A DNA stretch of 64,000 bases. Source: Antedon mediterranea (Eukaryota > Animalia > Echinodermata). The notes under the pieces were generated by a model. The model saw nothing but the letters and a program-made list of their open reading frames with translations. It searched no databases and was not told where the DNA came from. The position numbers were made by a program, and so were the translations under genes. How positions within the stretch are numbered: position 1 is the first letter of the stretch; the number at the start of each line of letters is the position of its first letter. The stretch covers positions 32,494,437 through 32,558,436 of the forward strand of contig NC_092672.1 of NCBI RefSeq assembly GCF_964355755.1, read 5' to 3'. Shown here piece by piece: positions 52,801 through 61,437 of the stretch.

Positions 52801-55800
52801 AAAAAAAAGCAATGTAATTGAAAAGATATGAATATTGGAAAATAATATATTATGGGGATGTCTGCAAGCGTAAATAAAATATGGGTAGTTTCGTGAGTGA
52901 ATATCGTGGTTGTAATTGTGTTGGCCGGATATAGGCGGGTGGGTACATCAACCTTTTTTTAAAAGGTCATTTTTTCTTTGTGGCTATAAAAAAAAAGATA
53001 TTTCACACAGCCTCATTTCAACACAGCCCCAATAAAATTCCTTAAATTCAATTAAACATTTATTTCAACAACCGAAAACCTGTGCCCACTTAGTATAGGC
53101 CTATATTCTATATTTACATTTGCTTCTTATAGGTGAAAAAAACCAATATTTAATAAAGACACTACTGAAGAATTGATAGCTTTATTGTATTTTGTTGTAA
53201 GGGTTTTCTTAATTTAGATTATGTAAATTTTGATTGCTTTTTTATCTCTTAAAGCCATGTTAGTTAATAAGGACAAAATTAATTGGACTACGAAATGCAC
53301 ACAGTAATAGAATTCAAATCTAAAAGATTGCTGCATGTACAACTCCTTCACCTTTCCGACCTTGCCCAAACTAATTTACTGTAATTTCTCGGAATATGCC
53401 TTAAAACAAATTACAGTATTCCATCATAATATTTTTTATTAAACAATAATAATAGCCAGGCAATTATTGGAATATAATGATAATGCATTTTATTGCCTGG
53501 TGGTATAAAAAATCACTCCCTCAGTTTTGTCATACTCATTGTATGGAGTACACAAATGACAATGCTCTCATTGGTTTAAAATAACCAAAGAAAATTTTAA
53601 TTGTCAAGATATGTTTTATGTAAATAAAAGTAAAATAAAACGAATAAATAAAAAACTAAGCGAAACGGCATTGGTATGTATCAATACCATATAGAATGCC
53701 TGCTTTAAACGGACGTGGGACAATTAATTAATAATGTAATTTTTAAATGTATTTTTTTAGCAATAGCAATTTGAATTTTATGCATTTTGGATGCATTTCC
53801 TTTATTTTTACCTTCTTAGTTTAATTGTTTTGTATTTGTTGTCTTGTTTTGCCTTGAATATGCTTGGTCCTCCAAGCTGTTACCTGGGATGTTTGTTTAT
53901 TTTAAATAAAGGATGATTTTACATTTTTTGGTTTTGAATTAAAACAGATGAGTTTATATTATAACTTTATAAGGAAAAACCTTGAATAGGCTATCAATCA
54001 GAGAGCTACCCATTATTCAAACTGTCTAGAATTGAAATAAAATGTTTAAAATTTATAACATATAATTTTAATGTCTGAAGAGTGATTAAATACCCCATCA
54101 GTACTTATCAGTGTTCCATTAAGCCTGACGTATAATTGTGACTACTACTAAGTACTATGTAACCCTAAATCTGTGTGTTCCCAATACGAAAATCAATCAA
54201 TTTTATGAAAAAACTATTTTTGCTTTTGAATTGAACATAAAATGTGTATCCCAGTGAGTACTTTGTTTTTAATAAATAAAAATAAATTGTTATTGTAATT
54301 ATTATTTTTTTACTCTGAACAGCGTATGTTATTATGTTAATATTTATTTATACTGGGTAACCTCTTCAGTCAATTAGATTGGTCTCCCAGAGGGCCCAGT
54401 TATGATCATGATCATGTGGCTGTGATGTATTATTATAACGGGGTAACCCCCTACTCGTCTCGAAAGATGAACAGTACTATGTTCTTTACAGTGCACACTG
54501 GACCTATGGTCTATAGTCCTTATTTGAGAAGAGTCGTTCTACCACCAGAACCATACATATTACGGTTCTACTGTTCTAACCGCTCAGCCACTCACTCACA
54601 TCATGCATATGGTTGCTATGTAGCAAATTATACAATGTGTGTTTATGCACAAACAGTTTGACATATGCTTCAATATTGTGGATTAAAAGATAAAATATGT
54701 ATTTTATCTTCACATCAAACCATTACAGTTATGTAATAATTGGGACAAACATATTTTAGTATATTTATTTAATAAAGGTATAGTAATAAAAGGAAACGGC
54801 AAACCATAATGACATCACTAAGATTTCCTCATGTTTTGTATGCGAAAGGTTAAACAAATTTCCGGAAAAAAATGTGTAATTATATTTCATCTTCAAGCAG
54901 AATGGTGTTGGATAGAACAACAACTTTTATGTACAAACTCTATCAACATTATACCATAGACGAATAATTTGGATTATTTCTTAAGCTCTCACTATCAAAC
55001 TAGTTTGAAAAAAAAGTGTGAAGTGCCCAAATATGGTAGTGATATGCCCAAATATGGTAGTGATGACATCATCATCATGTCCATATATGAGCACATTGTC
55101 ACATAAAGTTTGATAGTGTAGACAGAGCTTAAGATATTTTTTGATCAAGATTTTAAGAGAGTAATTATTATACAATCATTATGATAATTGATTAACTACT
55201 GCAAAGTAGATTGGAACAAATTTTCATGTCAATGGAGCTGGAGACTACAAAAAAGTTCCTTAAAATAAAAATGGATTTTTTTTTCCAAAATCTGGCTTAC
55301 AAAAATAGATTAAAAGTAGAATAAGACGTTTGATGACGATTAAAAACGTAGAAATTCGCGAATGACATAAACTATGTCTCTCAGTATTGCCTACAGCTAG
55401 AACGTGTTCTGTCAATCGTGCTCTACTTTCGCAATGATTGAACGTAGATTATCTATTATTATCACAGTTATAAACTTTTCGTTTTTACTGTACGAACAAG
55501 TATAGTCCCATGAGAAATTTGGCAAAAAATTAAGGATATAGAATTTTATATTATACAGTAGCTAATTGAACATACATAAAAATACAACATTAAAAAAAAA
55601 AACATTTTAAACAATTATATTTGGATATATATACAGTTCTGTAGTCAGTGTACTGTACTGTATAATTATTATTTTTTTTTTAAATTAAATTGTTTTTACT
55701 TTTATTATATTTTATCATTTACATTTTTTTAAACATTATTTATGGTTCGCTACTCTGATATTTATTTATTTGGCAAAAGTTTATCTTATCTTAAGATGTA

Positions 55801-58800
55801 AAACTGAGATGCGAACTGATTATGCATTTACTGAGAAATCAACTTTTTCTACTATTAATTTTTAAAGTATGATGTTAAAATGTTGTTTTCAACCAAATGC
55901 TTATATTTAATACAAAAAGCCTATTATCATTACAATGGATTTCTTTGATATACAAGTATTACCTACAGGCAAACCACTTAAGGACAAACAGCAAAGGTTA
56001 CTTTAAATTCTCCTAAATATATGAAAGGTCACATGATCTTCAATTATTAAACATCAAATAAGATTTTAAATAAGTAACCATCTCTGACAAGCAAATGTCG
56101 TTTATCTTTAATGTGATTAAGAGTCAAAATTTGAAAACGTTTAGAAAGTTTGTATCTTAAAATGGAGTATTGAATAGATTATAAATTTGCCGAAGCTGTC
56201 GGGAGAAAGTGGTGGTTTAGAGGTATTAGCAGTGAAAAGAAATCTAGAGGTTATGTGTTCAAATCCCACACACAGTCTATAAATAAGTGAAAATTAAAAA
56301 CAATGTAGTATTAAAAAATGGTTTTGCTCTCAGGATAAAGGAATGGAGGTTATGGGTTCAAGTCCCACTTCCATAACATACAGTATACCTTCATCATCAT
56401 CATTACTATGAATTTTCAACTAACTGCAGGGTGAAGGCCTCTCCAAGTTGGCACTCTTTAAGCTTTCTATTTTGAGCTGTTTTCATCCACGTTATATCAA
56501 TTTTTCAGTTCATCAAATATTAAGCAAAAAATGGAAAGCATTCTGGTATCAAAACATTCTTTGCCATGAGTAAATTTAAATTTGGAAATGTTTTTTGATT
56601 AAGAGTTGAGGCAGAGTATTAATAAATATCGCATCAATGCCAAGTTATACTTATTTAACTGTCATCCTCTTGAATATTTTACGTTACTTCATTTTTATAT
56701 CTTTTATTTGACCTTCAAAATGGTTTAATGATAAGAAATGTCAAAGGTATCGATATGTTCAAATTGATTACCATCCTCATCGGTCATTGACGACAAAAAT
56801 TGATTATCATCCTCATCGGTCATTGACGACAAAAATTGATTATCATCCTCATCGGTCATTGACGAAAAAAATTCCTGCTAGTTTAAAGCATTATACTAAT
56901 TGGAATGGGAATTATTTTAAAAATGTAAATATGAAATTGTAAATGTATGTTTTCAAATGTTTAGTGATGACCAATGAACTGTGACAAAAATGAGCTGAAC
57001 AAATAATAATTAATATTGCATTTTTCAAAAAGTTTCTAATACCACATTAGCAGAACCAATAAGACATGTATTGTATATTCCCATATATCAAAATAATTTT
57101 CTAATCTCAAATTTAGTAGAAGCAACGAGGAATGTATATTCCCAAATAGGAGTTTCAAATCTTATGAGCAAAACCTATGAGAATCGTATTCTCATTAACC
57201 AAAAAGTTTCTAATCAACAAGTTAACCAATCAAATAGCAATATGCATTTTATCAAAGTAGTTTCTAATCAACAAGTTAACCAAACAAATAACAATATGAA
57301 TTTTAACAAGTTAAAAAAGATTATACAGTATGCGTTTTACCAAAGTAGTTTCTAATCCCATGTGAGCAGAAAGTAATACAAAGCAATTTTTTTATAATTA
57401 CCTTCGTTTCTTCACGGGTTTCTCTCTTATCAACTCCATACATGGCACGCATAGATGTACGTCGCAGAGATTGAGATCTGTTGGATTGTCTTGGTGACTC
57501 CGGTTCTGGCTGATCAACGTGACTGTGAACCTATCGTTAAAAAGATAATAAAATACTGAAAAATTTGTATTCTGATAGGCCAGTAAATTGGGCAAGTAAA
57601 ATACATACCATGTCATTATCATCATTATCGTCCGAGAAGGAATTCCATTCATGAGCTCCAAGAGGAGTCAGATTCATCCACCATTGGCACCTCTTCTTGT
57701 GAGAATGTGGGGCAGTAAATTGGGCAAGTGATATACATACCATGTCATTATCATCACTATCATCAGAGAAGGAATCCCATTCATTTGAGCTCCAAGAGGA
57801 GTCAGATTCATTCACCATTGGCACCTCATCTTGTGAGAAAGTGGGCTAGTAAATTGGGCAAGTGATATACATACCATGTCATTATCATCACTATCATCAG
57901 AGAAGGAATCCCATTCATTTGAGCTCCAAGAGCAGTCAGATTCATCCACCATTGGCACCTCTTCTTCGTCTTGCAGCATCAGGTCTTCATACAACCAATC
58001 ATCATCAATGAAGATACCTAAAAAAACAGCAGTATGATCTAGCTTTAGTGCTCAATGATTGTATTCATTTAGTCGTTTCATTCACTTTATTGCAATCTGC
58101 TAATTGAAGATACAATAAGTACAAAAATAAAAGATGAATTTAAAAACATTTAAGTTCATTCAAAAATAGACACAAAAATAACAATCAGGTAAATATAATT
58201 TATGAAGGTGGATGGAATATTAAAAATATAAATATATAATTATTGGATCTGATAAAACCAAAGCAGACAAACAATAGGGAAATCATACCTTGGGCGTCTT
58301 CATCGACATCGACATCGTCATAAATATCACCATCATCACAATTTAAAGTATCAAACCTTTCAGCTAAGACAGTAGAGTTGGAAGGAATATAACCAAATCC
58401 ACCTACAAAATAATGAAAATAAACCATTTTTAGTCTCATGTTTCCATTTCAACTTATAAGTGGCAGAGCAGTTTAGTATTGTTAATAAAGAGCATTGCAT
58501 CTGGACTGAATCGCTTCAGATAGTCCCAGAAGGTTTGAGAAATAATTGCACTCATTTATTTAATGAAGCATATAACACATTACATTATTCTGATGTCTTA
58601 TGAGAGGCTACACGCAACACTAAACCAGGTTGCAGGCATCATTAGTTGTCTGCAGACATCATTAAGACTACAGGGTCTATTATGGATCCAGGCACCATTA
58701 CAGCTACAGGCACCATTAGGGATTAATACATAACACTATTAAAGAGATCCATGCACCAATAGGGGCTGAAGCCAACAGGGTTTGAGGCACTAGGGATTGT

Positions 58801-61368
58801 ATGCACCACTAAAGCTCTGTCTACACTAGGGAGGTTTCGCAACCTTACGAATACGATAACGAAAACGGATACGTCATACATTTGTGAAACTTTTGAGCTG
58901 ATCCCCATTTCATATTCGTAAAGCGTATTCGTGTTGACGAATATCACCAGTCATATTCGTAACTACAAAACGAGTATAGTTTTTGATCTATTTTGCACAT
59001 TTTTCATTTGAATTAGGAAAGATTCATGATTATAATATAATTATATATTTATTGAAAGTAATTTACTGAAGTAATTTACTAAAATTCCAGGTCAATTTAG
59101 ATAAATAGCAGTTTTTAAAGTCCTCACTCGCTTTGATGTTACGCTAGGCCTAGGCAGCCAAGCACCAAGCTACACGTACCTGCGCTTCGCTCAAATTTAC
59201 CGCAGTCATATTTTGGACGCGCCTCAATATTTCGTTGCCATGCGAAACAGATTTTTTTATGGCGTACGAAAACGAATACGTGTCTGTGACGTATCCGTTT
59301 TCGTTATCGTATTCGTAAGGTTGCGAAACCTCCATACTATCAAACTAGTCTGACAAAAAGTGCCCAAATATAGTAGTGATTTTCCCAAATATGGTAGTAA
59401 TATGACATCATCATGTCCATATATGGGCACATCATATATTGTGACATAAAGTTTGATAGTGTAGACAAGGCTTAAGAGATTCAAGACATATACAGTAATA
59501 GTTGTCAATTGAGGTCCTACAGTAGGTTGTTTGTCCCAAAACTATTAGTACAATATTATCAAATGCATTATGGTTATGGATTGCATGTAAGTTTGTTTTT
59601 GTATTTCAGTTTCAGTTTCATTAATATAAAACACCTTTGTCATGTATTATATATTCTACCAGTCTCTTAAGCATTAATAAGGCTAGATATTGATTTTAGT
59701 ATGCGGTGTTGTATCGAGTGAAAATACAAGGAAAATTAATCGATGTTGAAAATAAATCTGTCCGACTGAAGTCTCTAATTTCATAATCTTAAATGATAAT
59801 GAATATTCATGTATTTTGGTGTTAAATATTAAAATGAAAGATTAAAAAGATACACTTCACTATGCATATTATCGTTCATTTCATGAATATTCATTATTGT
59901 CTTGAATATTCATTATTTATGGTGTTGAACATCAAAATAAAGAATTCAAACAGTACACTTCACTTTAATTTAGTAATTAATAATGATTTGAAGCATTCAA
60001 AAATAAAATGATTTTACCATGACTATTATTATTATTACATAATAGAAAATAATGCTTAAAAAAGCTTTTAAGCGTTATTTTTCTATTATGTATTTACAGT
60101 AAACATACTGTACCCTCATTAATTATTATCATTACTGTAGTATTATTATGTGTTGTGCAGATTATTTAGGCTCAATTTACAGTAGTTACTAACCCAGTTT
60201 ACAAAATACATCTAATATAATTCAGGACTAATAAACCGAACCTTTGTTGGCTATTAACATTTGTTGCACAATAGAACATAAAATGAACGCATGATTCATT
60301 CATACAACATGGTAATAAAGGAACGCATAATGTTTTACACTTTTGAAATATTGTGTGACCAATCAGGTGCAAGGATGTTGTTATTTACTTGACTACAAAC
60401 ATTTCCTTCTGTTATTCATCAGCATGATTATAGCGTTCAAATCCAATTTTCTTCATTGCTCACTGAACCACAGTAGAGTCCAAGCCCTGGATTGTTACAT
60501 GAGGTTCTTTTTATGGGACTGAGGAAGAAGGAGACAATTGAAGAACTACCTACCGTAGGAGGAGATGGCTACAGAAGAAAAGATCATTTTAGGCCTTTGT
60601 GTAGATGAAATTTCCCTGCTAGCTAGGTACTGTACCATTAGGCAAAAAAAGTTTGGCATGGTAGCTGCTAGTTTGCCTTTTCAAACTAGCAGCAAAATTG
60701 CTCCTACTGTACGAACCCCCATGGTTAATGGGCTTCTAGTCCACTACTGTATGTATTACATGGCGCCTGTAAGGTTTAAAAACAAGCATCATATGTGATA
60801 CATAATGTGACACTGTATTACAGAATTTGCCTATGGACAGATAGCACTTCTGCCTTGTCAAAAAAGAAAACTTACCAACGTATTGTTCATTTTCACACCA
60901 TTTTATGGATGATTCAGATGAGTTGTCCGATGACCTTGAGAATTGGCCCGTACCTGTCCTATAATTCTCACCCATCATCTGCGGACTACTACGTCTTCCA
61001 CCACCTTCCTGAAATATTTGATGCTTTTCCAAATGATTCACCAACGACGCCACACGATGCGGCTGATCGTGGAAACTTGCTTCCGGCTCTATCCCCGCAT
61101 CCATTTGATCGATCAACGATCTTTGGGAATCGTCCGTTTGGAATCCACTTATGTTATACATAGTGTCTGTGTTCACGGTAGAGTTATTGTTTTTATTGCA
61201 ATTGCCGGATAAATTGTTTTTCTTTCTTGTAGCCATTATATTATCTCCTAAATACTCGTTCGGTTCAACATATTCACCTTCGAGGTCAATGAGGTCATGC
61301 TCACAAGGCGTTATAAGGGATGTTGGACGTTGCAAGTTACCATGTGTTCTTGATGTTTTTCGGTGGTC
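19626..61368 (-). CDS. ARHGEF10: Rho guanine nucleotide exchange factor 10 / 10-like (DH-PH-beta-propeller), multi-exon, 3' end and probably 5' end outside the window
   Basis: GT-AG exons with consistent phases: 61368-60876, 58402-58289, 58017-57875, 57530-57402, 44771-44669, 42075-41900, 41585-41406, 39048-38932, 38316-38224, 36019-35849, 35070-35017, 32952-32864, 32664-32507, 30561-30455, 29052-28916, 27065-26974, 26481-26354, 25790-25483, 24998-24847, 24730-24585, 19800-19626. Family motifs recognised from memory: [86 protein letters not shown]. Confidence 0.93.
20476..20634. mobile_element. Abundant ~160-bp Harbinger/Tourist-like MITE (TIR AGCTCTGTCTACACTATCAAACT)
   Basis: TIRs, internal 21-bp repeat ATATCACTACCATATTTGGGC, TTA duplication. 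Other full or partial copies near 594, 18350, 18791, 19380, 22453, 22861, 28723, 30974, 35670, 38075, 42450, 42807, 45057, 45285, 51601, 54984, 58813. Confidence 0.85.
21045..21670. repeat. Minisatellite, ~60-80-bp unit, about 9 diverged copies
   Basis: Recurring TGATGAGGCTTA..GTGAGGTGCTGTTTTGGTAATAAAA. Confidence 0.9.
22453..22608. mobile_element. Copy of the abundant MITE
   Basis: Both TIRs, TAA duplication. Confidence 0.85.
23278..23547 (+). mobile_element. tRNA-derived SINE
   Basis: A box TGGCCTGGTGG, B box GGTTCAAGTCC, A-rich (AAAT)n tail; second copy on the minus strand at ~32072-32321. Confidence 0.75.
24585..24730 (-). CDS. ARHGEF10: ARHGEF10 exon (propeller)
   Basis: [40 protein letters not shown]; phase 1 to 0. 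Confidence 0.9.
24847..24998 (-). CDS. ARHGEF10: ARHGEF10 exon (propeller)
   Basis: IFIFNSIG...[28 protein letters not shown]; phase 2 to 1. Confidence 0.9.
25483..25790 (-). CDS. ARHGEF10: ARHGEF10 exon (propeller)
   Basis: CLWICSTNG...VSCMEYVP...TVWVADDKG; phase 0 to 2. Confidence 0.9.
26354..26481 (-). CDS. ARHGEF10: ARHGEF10 exon
   Basis: [13 protein letters not shown]...[10 protein letters not shown]; phase 1 to 0. Confidence 0.88.
26974..27065 (-). CDS. ARHGEF10: ARHGEF10 exon (end of PH)
   Basis: [30 protein letters not shown]; phase 2 to 1. Confidence 0.88.
27554..27732. mobile_element. Harbinger-like MITE
   Basis: TIRs AGACCAACTTACGCAGATGAGCGGTAA / TTACCGCTCGTCTGTGTAAATTGGTCT; relative at 52395-52574 with TTA duplication. 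Confidence 0.75.
28916..29052 (-). CDS. ARHGEF10: ARHGEF10 exon
   Basis: [42 protein letters not shown]; phase 0 to 2. Confidence 0.88.
30455..30561 (-). CDS. ARHGEF10: ARHGEF10 exon
   Basis: [35 protein letters not shown]; phase 1 to 0. Confidence 0.88.
31158..31980. mobile_element. Non-autonomous DNA transposon with imperfect long inverted ends
   Basis: ATTTATCAA..TTGCTTA at left versus TAAGCAAGTTTGATAAATCCGGCCCC at right; internal inverted CTTAAG/AGACGA motifs. Confidence 0.55.
32027..32458. mobile_element. Tc1/mariner-type MITE containing a nested minus-strand SINE
   Basis: TA-CAGTCAACTATCCCAATA...TATTGGGAGAGTTGACTG-TA; SINE at ~32072-32321; related element at ~19870-20078. Confidence 0.75.
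32507..32664 (-). CDS. ARHGEF10: ARHGEF10 exon (PH)
   Basis: [18 protein letters not shown]; phase 2 to 1. Confidence 0.88.
32864..32952 (-). CDS. ARHGEF10: ARHGEF10 exon (PH)
   Basis: [29 protein letters not shown]; phase 0 to 2. Confidence 0.9.
34167..34172 (-). CDS. ARHGEF10: Candidate 6-nt microexon (Ser-Glu) of ARHGEF10
   Basis: Minus strand ...tctctctctgctttttcctattttag|TCTGAA|gtaagtat, in a phase-0 intron. Confidence 0.65.
35017..35070 (-). CDS. ARHGEF10: ARHGEF10 exon (start of PH)
   Basis: [18 protein letters not shown]; ctttccacag acceptor, gtaagt donor. Confidence 0.88.
35508..35573. repeat. (ATG)n microsatellite
   Basis: Imperfect ATG/ATA run that produces the poly-Met ORF 35298-35669. 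Confidence 0.95.
35849..36019 (-). CDS. ARHGEF10: ARHGEF10 exon (DH end)
   Basis: [35 protein letters not shown]. Confidence 0.93.
38224..38316 (-). CDS. ARHGEF10: ARHGEF10 exon (DH)
   Basis: [31 protein letters not shown]. Confidence 0.93.
38932..39048 (-). CDS. ARHGEF10: ARHGEF10 exon (DH)
   Basis: [39 protein letters not shown]. Confidence 0.93.
41406..41585 (-). CDS. ARHGEF10: ARHGEF10 exon (DH)
   Basis: SYEKPLLE...[39 protein letters not shown]. Confidence 0.93.
41900..42075 (-). CDS. ARHGEF10: ARHGEF10 exon (DH start)
   Basis: [44 protein letters not shown]; phase 1 to 0. Confidence 0.93.
42151..42447 (+). mobile_element. tRNA-derived SINE with CORE-like middle and L2-like tail
   Basis: B box GGTTCGAATCC; TGTATCCTTTAGTCAAGATACTT...CTCTCCACCCAGGTGTATAAAATGGGTACC; tail AGGCGCTATATAAAT..(ATT)n. 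Confidence 0.75.
44669..44771 (-). CDS. ARHGEF10: ARHGEF10 exon (N-terminal region)
   Basis: [34 protein letters not shown]; phase 0 to 1 fits its neighbours. Confidence 0.78.
45285..45444. mobile_element. Copy of the abundant MITE
   Basis: Both TIRs, TAA duplication. Confidence 0.85.
46038..46058 (-). CDS. ARHGEF10: Candidate 21-nt microexon (KRTKNDK)
   Basis: aatcag|AAACGTACCAAGAATGACAAG|gtaaac; frame-preserving, weak pyrimidine tract. Confidence 0.35.
46228..46575. repeat. 17-bp minisatellite (ATGGGATACCCATATTC-like), about 20 copies
   Basis: Tandem units visible directly; source of the repetitive ORFs at 46228 and 46262. Confidence 0.92.
47552..48540. repeat. 97-bp tandem satellite, 10 near-identical units with degenerate flanks
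   Basis: GCTGAAG at 47576, 47673, 47770, 47867, 47964, 48061, 48158, 48255, 48352, 48448. Confidence 0.95.
52163..52614. mobile_element. Tc1/mariner-type MITE (CAGTAGAACC...TTCTACTG, TA flanks) with nested Harbinger-like MITE
   Basis: Internal GGGGACACCCCT repeats; nested element 52395-52574; relatives near 23038, 27262, 39480, 44880. Confidence 0.75.
52757..52777 (-). CDS. ARHGEF10: Candidate 21-nt microexon (QSPLVEW)
   Basis: Long T-tract ...tttttgttgctttctacag|CAGTCGCCTCTTGTAGAATGG|gtaagt; phase 0 to 0; CAGCAG acceptor. Confidence 0.65.
56760..56873. repeat. 37-bp tandem repeat, 3 copies
   Basis: AAATTGATTATCATCCTCATCGGTCATTGACGACAAA. Confidence 0.9.
57402..57530 (-). CDS. ARHGEF10: ARHGEF10 exon (N-terminal region)
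   Basis: 129 nt, [43 protein letters not shown]; phase 0 to 0. Confidence 0.75.
57582..57966 (-). repeat. Tandem triplication (~134-bp unit) of an exon end plus its splice donor
   Basis: GTATGT donors (minus strand) at 57874, 57740 and 57608, each preceded by a copy of the WSSNEWDSF coding sequence. Confidence 0.92.
57875..58017 (-). CDS. ARHGEF10: ARHGEF10 exon (acidic N-terminal motif)
   Basis: [12 protein letters not shown]...[19 protein letters not shown], resembling vertebrate WSSSEFESY; phase 1 to 0. Confidence 0.82.
58289..58402 (-). CDS. ARHGEF10: ARHGEF10 exon (N-terminal region)
   Basis: GFGYIPSNS...[13 protein letters not shown]; phase 1 to 1. Confidence 0.8.
58828..59335. mobile_element. 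Non-autonomous TIR element nested in a MITE
   Basis: ~50-bp TIRs AGGGAGGTTTCGCAACCTTACGAATACGATAACGAAAACGGATACGTCA; ACT duplication at 58825-58827 and 59336-59338; host MITE spans 58813-59472. Confidence 0.88.
60876..61368 (-). CDS. ARHGEF10: ARHGEF10 large N-terminal exon
   Basis: 493-nt open exon, tttgtag acceptor, gtaagt donor; ends in phase 1, matching the next exon. Confidence 0.72.
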
Positions 61369-61437
61369 CTACAAATATAAACAAGAAAACAGTTTGTAAC
61401 ATACGAATGAAATATTTCTCTCAAACTACATGTTTAA

